A DNA stretch of 64,000 bases from Podospora anserina (taxonomy: Eukaryota): assembly GCA_017654855.1 (NCBI GenBank), contig CM030336.1, forward strand, positions 4,588,001 to 4,652,000, in the 5' to 3' direction. The notes under the pieces were generated by a model. The model was given only the letters and a program-made list of their open reading frames with translations, was not told the origin of the DNA and did not search any database. Of the stretch, positions 26,007 to 37,789 are shown in pieces (position 1 is the stretch's first letter; every line of letters begins with the position of its first letter). Made by a program: the position numbers and the translations under genes.

Positions 26007-26268
26007 TGGCTTTGCTCCACATTGTTGACTTGGCCAGTCAGGGGCACATTCAGGGGTATTTTCTATGCATGGACCGAAGTGGTCGTGGTCTTCATTTTAA
26101 TGTACATCGAAGGGCCTGTCTCTTAGCATATATGGAATGTTTGGTCAAATACGAATCATGTAGCAGCCTACTGCTCTATCATTGTAATATCTTTGTTCTG
26201 GAGTTAACATTGACCGAGTTGAATGACGTTAACAAGGTTGCTCGCAATTACCACTGTTTTCTGTTAGC

Positions 26269-26302
26269 AGACCCGAGTTGTTGGCACGCGCGACTCGGGT
26301 CT
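26269..26302. promoter_or_regulatory. Inverted pair of cluster motifs upstream of the NRPS-like gene
   Basis: AGACCCGAGTT (26269-26279) and GACTCGGGTCT (26292-26302) form an inverted repeat. Confidence 0.7.
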
Positions 26303-26441
26303 CACTCTTGAACGAGCCAGAGTCCCATTCAACACCATATTGACAGAATATTTTGCAATGTCACTTAAAGTCTAATCTTGACTGCAAAACCACTCCTCAC
26401 TGAGACCAAGGCCACAAGACATTCCAAAAGAGGCCGTTCCG

Positions 26442-29400
26442 ATGCGTGCTTTCATTCCTGCGAGGGTGACTCTTGAGCCTGACCGACAAGATGCCATCCG
26501 TTCTCTCTCCGACATTGTCGAGTTCCACGCCGAAAAGAATCCCGACTACTTGTTTTGTGTTCAAGCTGAAAAGAAACCAGGTCTTGATGGGTACTCTTTG
26601 AGCCGTGTGACTTATACCACCCTGAAGTGGGCTATTACGAACTGCTGCCAATGGCTCGAAGCACATTTGTCTCATCTTCAACAACGTACTCGGCGGGGGC
26701 AAGGTGATGCTGATGGATCACAAGGACCGATAGTCCTACTGATGGAGAGCGATCTCGGTCTGGCCGTCTACATCCTGGCTCTTATGAGATTGGGCATACC
26801 GGCGGTTCTGCTCTCAACAAGGCTCAGCGCGACCGCAATTCACCATCTCATCGGGCGCACTGGAGCCACAACAGTCATTGCCTCGCAGCGTCTCCGTTCG
26901 ATGCTAGACGAGCCAACCCCGGCGGTCGATACCAAGTTCCAGAATGGTGAACCCCAAAACAAAGGCCTTCAGGTCTTTACCGCCGCCGGGTACCAAACTT
27001 TCCTGAACGACCTGGACTCCCCTCTGGAGACCAATGTGTCGGTGCAGACCACCAATCCAGCGCTAATTCTGCACTCATCCGGCACATCTGGACTCCCAAA
27101 ACCAATCTACTGCACCCACGCCCACTTCCTCGCTTTCTCTCAATGTCACGAGTTTGAAACGGCAGAACAACGCCAAGGTCTAACCGTCTCGTCATCGCCC
27201 TTCTTTCACGTAAGCGCCTCCCCCTTCAGGTTCACAACACAGCCGCGCAGTTACCTAACCACCATCATAGGGCTTCGGCCTAGTACCAATGTGCCTCTCC
27301 CTCGGCATCGGCAAAACCTTCTGCATTCCCCCCTCCTCCGAACTCCCCACCGGCTCCTCCATCGTCCAGCTCCTCCAAGCCTCCAGCTCCAAAGCCCTGC
27401 TGACTGTCCCTTCACTTCTCGAAGACATCGCCTCCCTCCCAGACAACAAAGGAGTAACCGCCCTCCAACAACTCGATTTCGTCGCCTTTGGAGGCGGCCT
27501 CCCGAAGCCTTCTATCGGCCAACGTCTTAATGCAGCAGGTGTAAGACTCATCAACCACTACGGCGCGACCGAGACAGGACCCCTAACCCCGTTTTTTGTC
27601 CCGCCTGCTGGACATGACTGGCGGTTTATTCGGTTGAGAAGGGATATTGACTACGCGATGGAGGTGGAGCTGATGCCAACGACAACAGATGGTGAATTTT
27701 TAGGTCGGGCGTATAAACTCAGCATGCGGCCATTTGGCTGGACAGAACGCTTCGAACTACAAGACTTGCTCCTCGCTCGGGAGGGTTTCCCTGGGGAGTT
27801 TCGTATCGCGGGACGAACAGACGATCTCATTTGTCTTGCTACCGGGGAGAAGGTCCGCCCGACGATGCTGGAGACTATCCTCCAACAGCATGACAAAGTC
27901 AAGACTGCCGTTGCGTTTGGGGATGCGCAGTTCGAGATTGGGGTTATTGTTGAGACGACAACGAGGGAGGTGGCTGACGGGGATGAGCTAAGGGGGGAGA
28001 TATGGCCTCTGGTGGAGGAGGCAGGGAGGCAGATGGATGCCCATGCGAGGGTTTCTTCCCCGGCGGCGATTTTGTTTGTTGGTTCTGGGGCTCTGCCGAG
28101 GTCGGATAAGGGGACTGTGTTGAGGAGGGAGGTGAATCGGGTTTTTGAGAGGGAGATTGCGGGCGTGTATAGGTGTATTGATGCTATGGCCAGTGCGCCG
28201 GCGTTTGATCTTTCTTCGCCGCGGGAAAGCGTCAGGGGTTTGGTCAAAGCGGTGATGGCGTCTAGGGGTGGGTATTGGTCGGATGAGGATGACTTTTTCG
28301 AGCTTGGGATGGATAGCTTGCAGGCGACGAGGTTGCGGAGACTGTTGGTTGCTTCGCTGAGAGCGGCCGCGCAAGAAGGTAGAAATTGGGAGGTGGATGT
28401 TAGGAACGTGGCTGACGATGTTGTTTATCGCAATCCTTCTGTCAGTCGGCTTGCTGAGGCCATTGTAACGCAAAACACAATTCAGAATGGGCTGTCGAGC
28501 TTGGGTCACCTGGAGCAAATTGCGGACAGGTACTCCAACGTGACTTCAGAAACCATTGCGCAACGGGCAGTCGTGGTCATGACCGGCAGCACTGGAAGTC
28601 TTGGGTCGTTTATTCTGGCACAACTTGTCAAAGTCCCGACAGTGGCCGGGGTTATCGCTCTCATCAGACCCTCAGCCGAACCAGCGCAGGAAAGGCAGAA
28701 GAATGCCTTGAAAGCCCGAAACATCGAGCTGTCTGACTCAGAGTGGTCAAAGATACAGATCTACGGGGCAGACGTGGGGGCGCCCTTTCTTGGCCTGGAC
28801 AGTGGCGTGTACCAGCAAATCGCATCCAAAGCCACACATGTGGTGCACGCTGCCTGGCCAATGAACTTCAACATGTCCCTCCAGTCTTTTGGTTCCGCCT
28901 TTCGAGCTCTGCAGAACTTGATACAGCTAACTTCCGAGTCTCACCGACTCCAGCCATCGAAGAGACCTCGCTTTCTATTCATTTCATCCATATCCACAGT
29001 CGGGAACTATCCCTCTCTTCACAAAGAGCGTCTTGTGCCAGAAGAGGCTGTCAGTGGCCAAAACTGCGCTCTTGAACTGGGGTACGCAGAAGCAAAGTTG
29101 GTATGCGAGAAGATAGTCGAGCGAGCAGCGCGCGATTACCCCCAGATCCAGACAGGTTTTGCGCGTGTGGGCCAAATCGCCGGCTCTCGGAGTGGATATT
29201 GGAACGTGGATGAACATTTTGTTGCGCTTGTCGCCTCGTCGTGCAAAGTCCGCCTCATTCCAGATCTTCAAGGGGTGAGTAGAAATGGAACGTGCCTTGG
29301 TGAAAGTGGCCTTGCTAACCAGATGCTCAGACTCTTTCTTGGCTGCCAGTCGATGCTACTGCAGCAGCGGTAGTCGATATTTTGCTCAACGATCAGCCAC

Positions 29401-29735
29401 CGGAGCTTGTCTACCACTTGGAGAACCCAGTACGGCAAAGCTGGCATGAAATGATCACGCTCTTGTCCAGTGAGTTGGGGTTCGCTTCTACACAAGTGGT
29501 GTCGTTTGAGGAATGGGTGGAAGCTGTCATGTCAGCGCCAGATCAGGGTAACCCTGCGAAGAAACTGTCGCGTTTTCTGAAGAATGAGTTTCGCAAGATG
29601 TCGTGTGGAGGGATAATCTTGGACACCGTCTTGGCTCGGAAGGCTTCACCTACACTGAGAGGATTGGGGCCAGTTGACAGTGAACAGGTGCGGCTGTATA
29701 TCAAGTACTGGAAGCATAGCGGTGTGCTGGGTTGA
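26442..29735 (+). CDS. NRPS-like carboxylic acid reductase (A-T-R)
   Basis: A domain ILHSSGTSGLPK, HYGATETG and GRTDD...GEKV; T domain LGMDSL; R domain TGSTGSLG, HAAWPMNF and GYAEAK. Introns ~27210-27270 and ~29275-29330. Confidence 0.93.
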
Positions 29736-30466
29736 TGATAGGGTACATACGGGGATTATTTGCTCCATAAACTCACACCAAAGCATTGCTATGAAATGTG
29801 ACGTGAGATCATGTACGTATCAAGCGAGGTAATCCGATAGCCAGTGTGTAAGCTACCTAAAGTAGGTTGCTGTTACATAATTCTTGAATGACAACAGCTT
29901 GGTTACCTACACAACTGGTAGAGGGCACGAGGTCCGAGGTCTTTGATACCTAAACTGTGATGTAGTGGATCAAGCCCATGATAGCCTTCGTCACTGGGTA
30001 CCTCGTGAGCGATAGGCGCCTTTTGGGTAGCCGACAGATACGAGAACGCCGCCATCATGGATGCTATCTTAGGTTCCTACCTACATACCGGCGGAGTGAT
30101 AGGATATCTTGCGGCAATTACCTTGAATCATCTTATAGGTCTTTGATAGAATGCTGCTTGTGCCTGTCGAGGCTGCTGGGACCCGAGCTGGGTCTGATGA
30201 GCGAGGTGACCTGCACTGGGATTACCGCTTTGAGGAGAAACTCTAACCCTACAATCCAACAACGGTATTCAACTTCCTCGGTAGTGACCAGTTTCTTGAT
30301 GGTAGCTGACCAAACTCGACATAGAGCTTGTTATTCGAATATAGCAATTCTTGCGAGAAACCAGGTTTGCATACTAGTGGTTATCGGTCACACTGCCTTA
30401 TTTGCGCTGGACTAAGCTCTCACGAGGATCCGTGTCAAGACTGCGTGGTGACATCCCTTCAAGCAC

Positions 30467-30477
30467 GGACCCGAGTT
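30467..30477. promoter_or_regulatory. Cluster promoter motif GGACCCGAGTT (PKS promoter)
   Basis: Exact 11-mer ~230 bp upstream of ATG 30708, with the variant GGACCCGAGCT at 30179-30189. Confidence 0.75.
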
Positions 30478-30707
30478 GACACCCCTGAGATCAAGGTCGA
30501 TCCAGGCTGTTCTTGTCCTTATGGGAACGTTGAGTTGCTGTCTTGATAGCGGTTGATATCTTAAGGAATAGTAAGCTTCTGGTGCTCAACTTGATCGCAG
30601 CAACCAAAACCTCCATTCAACACGAGGAGTCACTCAGCAAATTGGCTGACAAGACCTACACATCCACCTCACATTGGAAATTTGGCTCAACGCCACCAAC
30701 CACAGAC

Positions 30708-33700
30708 ATGGCCGCAACATCAGCTTACAGCGCCACCAACGATATCGAAGATTCACCGGCCAATGCGATTGCCGTCATCGGTATGGGTTGCAAGTTTCCC
30801 GGGGCAGAGTCAGTGGAGGAATACTGGAAGCTACTGGATTCTGGCTTGTCCATGGTCACCGAGGCGCCGACCGGGCGCTTTCCCACCAGAGACCACAGAC
30901 GCAGCACAGAAAAGTCTGTTTTCCTGGGCAACTTCCTCAGCGACATCGAACATTTCGACAACCGGTTCTTCAAAAAGTCAAGCCGAGAGGCAGCATCAAT
31001 GGACCCACAACAGAGACTTCTTCTTGAAGTCGCTTACCAAGCCTTGGAGTCGTCTGGCTACTTTGGCCCACGAGAGAAGGACACCGAGGTCGGCTGTTTT
31101 GTGGGGGTGTGCGCCTCGGACTACAACGACAACGTTGCCAGCCATCCACCCAACGCCTTTTCTACCCTTGGTACTCTGCGGGCATTCCTGACGGGAAAGA
31201 TCAGCCACTTCTTTGGCTTCTCTGGCCCGTCGGTCACGTTCGATACCGCATGCTCGTCATCGGCTGTTGCCATCGATGCCGCCTGCAAAGCCATCATTCA
31301 CGGCGACTGCACGAGTGCCATTGCTGGTGGTGTCTCCATTTTTACAAGCCCGCATTTCTACCAAAACCTCGCCGCTGCGTCCTTCCTCAGCCAGACGGGT
31401 GCCACCAAGTCCTTCGATGCCGGGGCGGACGGCTATTGCCGCGGGGAAGGTGTTGGCCTAGTCGTCCTCAAGAGTCTGCCAAAAGCCTTGGCGGACGGAG
31501 ACACCATTCTTGGCACAATTCTGTCCACTTCTGTCAAGCAAAGCAGCAATGTCGTGCCTATCACAGTGCCCTACAGCCCCTCACAGGCAGCGCTCTATCA
31601 TAGGGTGCTCAAGATGGCCGGAGTGAGCCCTGAAGATGTTTCCTACCTCGAGGCACATGGAACAGGCACGCCTATCGGTGATCCACAGGAATTCCAGGGC
31701 ATCAAGGAAGTCTTTCAAAGCCAGACACGGACAGGGCCTCTGTACTTTGCTTCGGTCAAAGGCAATATCGGCCACACAGAGGGGGCATCCGGAGTTGCCG
31801 GCCTGATCAAGGTCCTCCTCATGATGCAGAAGAGAGCCATTGTTCGACAGGCAAGCTATTCCCGGCTGAATCCCAAGATACAGCTCGATACCAGCCAATT
31901 TCGGATTCCGACAGAGACGGTTCCGTGGAAATCCGACGTCCTGATCGCTTGTGTAAACAATTATGGGGCGGCGGGTAGTATTGCCGCCATGGTCGTCAGG
32001 GAAGCAACCGGACCAAGTCCTGGCAGGGGAAACAAGTCGTCGGCAGCCCTTTCCAAACACCCACTGCTGGTATCCGCAAACAGCGCAAAGAGTCTGGGGG
32101 AAAACTGTGCCAAACTGCGACAGTATCTCTCCTCTTTCAACGCCTCGTCAAGTACCAATGTCCTTGCCGACATGGCCTACAACCTCAGCGACCACCAGGA
32201 CCGATCACTGCCAAACATGTTCATAACAGCGGTATCAAGCATGTCAGAACTGGACGATCAACTCCGCATTGCAGCCTCCACCCCAGACTCTCAGCTGTGC
32301 CGTCTAAACCCTTCTCCAAAGCCGGTCGTGCTCATCTTCGGTGGTCAGACAAGTCGCTTCATCGGGTTAAGCAAGAGCGTCTACACCGGCTCAGCCTTGC
32401 TACGCAAATACCTGGACCAGTGTGACAAGGTTCTCAAAGGGCTTGGTCACGGAGGAATCTACCCGGCTATTTTTGACTCGACGCCCATTGATGACGTGGT
32501 GCAGTTACAGACCATGCAGTTCGCCTTGCATTATGCCTGCGCCCAATCCTGGATCGCATGTGGCCTCAAAGTCGACTGCGTCGTGGGTCATTCCTTTGGC
32601 CAGCTCGTCGCCTTGACTGTGGCTGGTGTATTTTCGCTCCAGGACGGACTCAAACTTGTTCATGGCCGGGCTGTCCTGATGCGTGACAAGTGGGGTTCGG
32701 AGAGGGGCACCATGATCGCGCTCGACGCCGACCATGGCAATACCATGGGACTGATCTCATCAGTGAGAAAGACAATGCTCTATTCTGGGCTCGAGGTGGC
32801 CTGCTACAATGGACCTCGGAGCCATGTCCTGGTGGGTTCTTCAACTGAGGTGGAGGCTGTGATCGAAGTTATCAAGAAGTCAACAGCGGTCAAGTACAAG
32901 GTCCTGAATGTTACTCACGGATTTCACTCCCGCTTTTGCGACTCTATCATCCCCGGTCTTGAGGCGTTGGCAGCGTCTTTGACATACAACACACCCAAGA
33001 TCAGGATCGAGACGACCTCAGATCGAGAGACATGGGCTGCCGCCACACCCAAGTTGATCGCCGACCACACGAGGACGCCAGTGTACTTTGAAGATGCCAT
33101 CAAGCGGATAGAGGCCAGATATGGGTCTTGCACCTGGGTTGAGGCTGGCTCGAACTCATCCGTTACGAGCATTGCCCGTCGATCACTGTCAGATGCTGAG
33201 AGCCGAGACCATCTCTTCTGCCCCGTCAATCTCAGCCGGGAAGATGCCCTGGGCGCCCTGGCTGATACCGTCACGAACTTGTGGAAGAATGGAAACCAAG
33301 TGCAATTTTGGCCATTTCATCGCATTCATCAAGCAGATTATCTGCCGTTGAACCTACCGCCATATCAGTTCGAAAAGGTCCGACATTGGCTGGACTTCAA
33401 CTTTGTCGTAGAACAGCCGAAGCCAGTGCAGGCGCAAGATCAGATCACCGAGACAGTGCCAGTGGTCGAGCCTGAGCCAGTCTTGATCACCTTCTCGGGA
33501 TTTGACGTCACTCACGCCACGCAACGTCGCGCCGTCTTCACCATCGATCCACGCAGTCAGGAATGGCGGACGCTCGTTAGTGGACATGCCGTCCTCCGGC
33601 AACCGTTATGTCCAGCTCCGTTGTATGTCGAGCTTGTCTTGCAGGCTGTCAAGATGACTGCTGAAGCAGAAGGGATATCGGCGCTTACATTTGGGCAGCT

Positions 33701-36700
33701 GGAGGGCCTTGAGATAACATCTTCGTTGGGCACGAGTGATGACAAGATTATCAAGCTTGTCTTGGCCCCTTCGGACGGAGAAAGGTTCAGATGGGACTTT
33801 TCGTTCCACTCACAGCCGCGGGGCGTCAACACTTCCGCAAAGCCAGCCACCCATGCCGTGGGCAGTGTCAAAGTCATCACCACCCAAGACGACAGCACAA
33901 CATCTGAACTAGATCGAATCTCAAGGCTCATCAGGCACCGCGACTTTGATGAGGTAACCACTCGGGTTGACGGCGAGGCTGTTCAGGGTTCACTGGTCTA
34001 CAAGGTTTTCTCCAGAGTTGTGCAGTATCATGACTTTTACAAGGGTGTGCGTCAAGTCGCCGGCCACAATGGAGCGGTGGTGGCTCAGGTCGTGCTGCCA
34101 GCGGAGCAACCCCCTGTCACACAAGGACTTCTGTCGAACCCAGTCGCAGTCGACAACTTCCTTCAAGTCCCGGGGCTCTACGCCAATTGTCTTGGCCCAT
34201 GTCCAGCGGATGAGGTATTTGTTTGCACCCAGGTGGACCGACTCTGTCTCTCGCGAGACTTTGAGGGTACAGCCAACAAGACTTGGAAGGTTTGCGCCAC
34301 ATCTACGGCAACATCCGACAGGGAGAGCGTCAATGATGTGTTGGTGTTTGAGCAGGAGTCAGGCAAGCTTGTTTTTGTCGCCTTTGGGGCGCATTTCAGC
34401 CGAGTTCGCATCACGTCGCTGGCAAAGGCGCTTTCGCGGGCAAATCAAGGACAGACCACGGCTTCTGTCGGTACCAATGGCATCACCAACGGCATCACTC
34501 GGCCCGCTTCTCCACCTCTTGTGGCGCCACCTAGCAATAGACAAGACCCTGTCAGTCCACATGACACTCTCCAACAACATCCAGTTGTTGCCACTCCTGC
34601 CCTGCCGAAGCGTCCTGCTGGCCCAGGCATCGAGCAGGAGTTGCGGGAGCTGCTCACCAAGGTCACCGATGTGCCAGCCGATCAGTTCAAGGGAGATGTT
34701 ACACTTGCCGATCTTGGTATTGACTCGCTGGTAACCACAGAGATAGTGTCCGAGGTGGACCAGATCTTTGGTATTTCTATCCCTCAAGACCAACTGCAAG
34801 ACCTCCAAACCTTCGCCTCCCTGTCCGCATACCTCGCTGGCCGTCTGGGTCGGGAACTGCAAGACACCCCCACAGTCGTTCAAACCACGGCTTCCAGCGA
34901 GCAGCGCCAGACACAGCCAAGTGCTTCGTCCTTGGAGGCGGCTCCCACAGCCCCCGAGCGTGGGAGGCCAAGGGACTCTGAGAATTTGCTCCCAAAGCTC
35001 GCCAGCCTTTTAGCCAGCCATCTTGAGTGCTCTCCCGCTGATTTTGAACGGTCCACGAACCTGGCAGATCGCGGTCTTGATTCTCTGCTCTGCATCGAAC
35101 TCATGAGCGACATTGAAAAGACATTCGGCGTGTCAGTCGACCTGGCACAGCTCACATCCGAGAGCACCTTTGGAGACCTCGCCGGCATGTTCGTCAAGGT
35201 CACTGGCCGTGATGTGTCCCCATCAGATACAACAAACTCAACCATCACCACAACACCGACACCAGCAACACCTAGCTTTGAGCCAAGAATCATCCCCCAT
35301 GATCCCTCAGTCAAAATTCCACCACGCCCAGTTCCCACAAACACAGACCGCAGGTTTCAGGCCGCTCCCGATGCGTTTGAATCCATCAAGGACCAGTTCA
35401 GTGACCTCGCCGACGCATACCATCTGACCGACTTTTACAAAAACGTCTACCCCAAGAACGCACGTCTCGTCCTTGCTTACACAGTCGAAGCATTCGCGGA
35501 TCTTGGTATTGATCTCAGCAGTTTGCCCACTGGTGAGGAGATTCCACCCCTGCCCAGCCTTCCCAGACATCACCACCTGCGAGACGTCCTTTATGAAGTC
35601 CTACGGGACGGAAAAATCGCAGATTACAACGGCAAGACCTACGTCCGCTCCGACGAGCCCATCGACAAAGTCCGCTCAAGCCAGCTGTTCAACGAACTTG
35701 TCCAGGAGTTTCCTCAACACGCCAAGGAGCACATGCTGCTGAACCTCTGCGGCGCAGAGCTGGGGAAGCTGATTAGCGGGGCAAAAGAGCCACTCACTGT
35801 TCTTTTCGGATCCAAGAAGAACCGCGATATCCTTGAGGACGTCTACAGTACCAGTCCCATGTACGTCATCATGTCACAGCTGCTCACGCGCTTTCTTGAA
35901 AAGGCTCTGAGCGGCGCCTCACCCGGCCCAGATGGTGTATTCCGAATCATTGAGCTCGGCGCTGGAACAGGATCAACCACCAAATGGGTTGTCGACCGGC
36001 TTGTGCGGTGTGGCATCCCAGTCGAGTACACTTTCACCGATATCTCGCCCTCGCTCGTCTCTGAAGGGAAGCGCAAGTTTGCCAAGTACAACTGCATGAG
36101 ATACGCCACCATCAACATCGAAAAGGAGCCCCCGACTCAGTACCACGGCCAGTTCGACATTGTCCTCTCCACCAACTGCATCCACGCCACCTCCAACCTG
36201 CGCCGCTCTCTCACCCACATCGACAAGCTTCTCCGACCCCACGGCTTCGTCTCGCTTGTCGAGTTCACAAGCCGCATGTTCTGGTTCGACCTGGTGTTTG
36301 GCCTCCTCGAAGGCTGGTGGCTCTTCGACGACGGCAGACCCTATGTCCTCGCCAGCCCCGAGTTCTGGGAAAAGTCCATGCGCTCAAGCGGCTTCCAACA
36401 CGTTTCCTGGACAGGCAGCACAACCAAAGAGTCCGAGATCGTCCGCGTCATCACCGGCTTCAAGCAACCAGTCGACAACCCCGCCCTCTACCGCAGCACG
36501 CCACAAGAAACCACCGGCGAAGTCGAAACCCTCGTCTTCACCCATGTGACAGACAAGAACCTCCCCCTCCGCGCAGACATCTACCACCCAACCCCACAAC
36601 AAGCCGCCGCCCAAAAAGACTGGACTGTAGGTGCGCCACTCTCAAACCCACCACCACCACCACTCCTCCCCACCACCTCACTAACATCCCCCCCTACCCA

Positions 36701-37606
36701 GCCCTGATAATCCACGGCGGCGGCCACGTAATGCTCTCCCGTAAAGACATCCGGCCCCGCCAAATCCACCACCTCCTCTCCCACGGCCTTCTCCCAATCT
36801 CAGTCGACTACCGCCTCTGCCCCGAAACAACCCTCCTCACCGGCCCCCTCCCCGACATCCTCACCGCCCACACCTGGGCCCGTACCTCCCTCCCCACCCT
36901 CAAACTCCTCAAATCCTCCATAACCATCAACCCAACCCACACAGCAGCAATAGGTTACTCAACCGGCGGCCTCCTAGCCATGTCCCTGTCCTGGACCTCC
37001 CCCCCCCCCTCCGCAATCCTCTCATTCTACTCCCCAACAAACTATCAATCCCCCTTCTGGCAAACCCCCAACATCCCCTCCCACTCCCATCCATACACCA
37101 CCACCCCCTTCAACCTCCTCGACTGCGTCCAACCAAACCCAATAACCTCCTACAACATCCCCCCCAATCTCCTAGCAGCAGGAGGGTGGATGACCCCCTC
37201 CGACGCGCGCAGCCGTCTAATCCTTCACATGAACTGGCACGCCCAAACCCTGCCCGTCTTATTCCGCGGTCTACCCCCCGCCGGAACCCCCCACCCAGAG
37301 AGCTACACCTCCATGCCACAGCCAGCAGAAGAGGAAATAATCAAAGCGAGCCCCTACGCGCAGGTTATAAGGGGTAACTACAAGTCCCCTACGCATATCG
37401 TTTTCGGGACAAAGGACGATCTGATACCCTGGCAGCAGGCCGAGGAGACGGTCAAGGCAATGAGGGAGCACGGGGTGGATGTGGGCTTCACGCTGGGGGA
37501 GGGGGAGCCGCACTTGTTTGACATGTACAGAGACCCGGATGGCAAGAGATGGGGGTACGTGCTGGAGGGGTACAGGTTTCTGTTGGAACGGGTGGGGAGG
37601 TTGTGA
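30708..37606 (+). CDS. Non-reducing polyketide synthase KS-AT-PT-ACP-ACP-CMeT-esterase/TE (methylorsellinate synthase type), with no SAT domain visible
   Basis: KS DTACSSS, EAHGTGT and GNIGHTE; AT GHSFG and HGFHS; PT GHAV and AVDNFLQ; ACPs LGIDSL and RGLDSL; CMeT ELGAGTGS. Intron 36631-36701 joins an HGGG/GYSTGG/GTKDD/EPHLFD alpha/beta-hydrolase release domain. Confidence 0.95.
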
Positions 37607-37789
37607 GGAATGGGAGGGAGGGAGGGAGGGAGTAGGCACCTCTCCAGAACCAGAGGCGTTGGATAAAACCTTTTCGAAGGCATCTAAACTTGGTGGAACG
37701 ATGCAAAATATAGGCCAACTTCCTATCCGATTCACATTCGTTAAAACAAAGTGCAACGCTGGCTGATGCTTTTCCAACAACGAACACCA

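Noticed and set aside
30543-30707. N-terminal extension of the PKS ORF from a TTG start
   Set aside because: Non-ATG start with no SAT similarity; more likely 5' UTR.
36317-37606. Separate 429-aa esterase gene
   Set aside because: Intron 36631-36701 (GTGCGC...CTAAC...CAG) joins it in frame to the PKS as its release domain.
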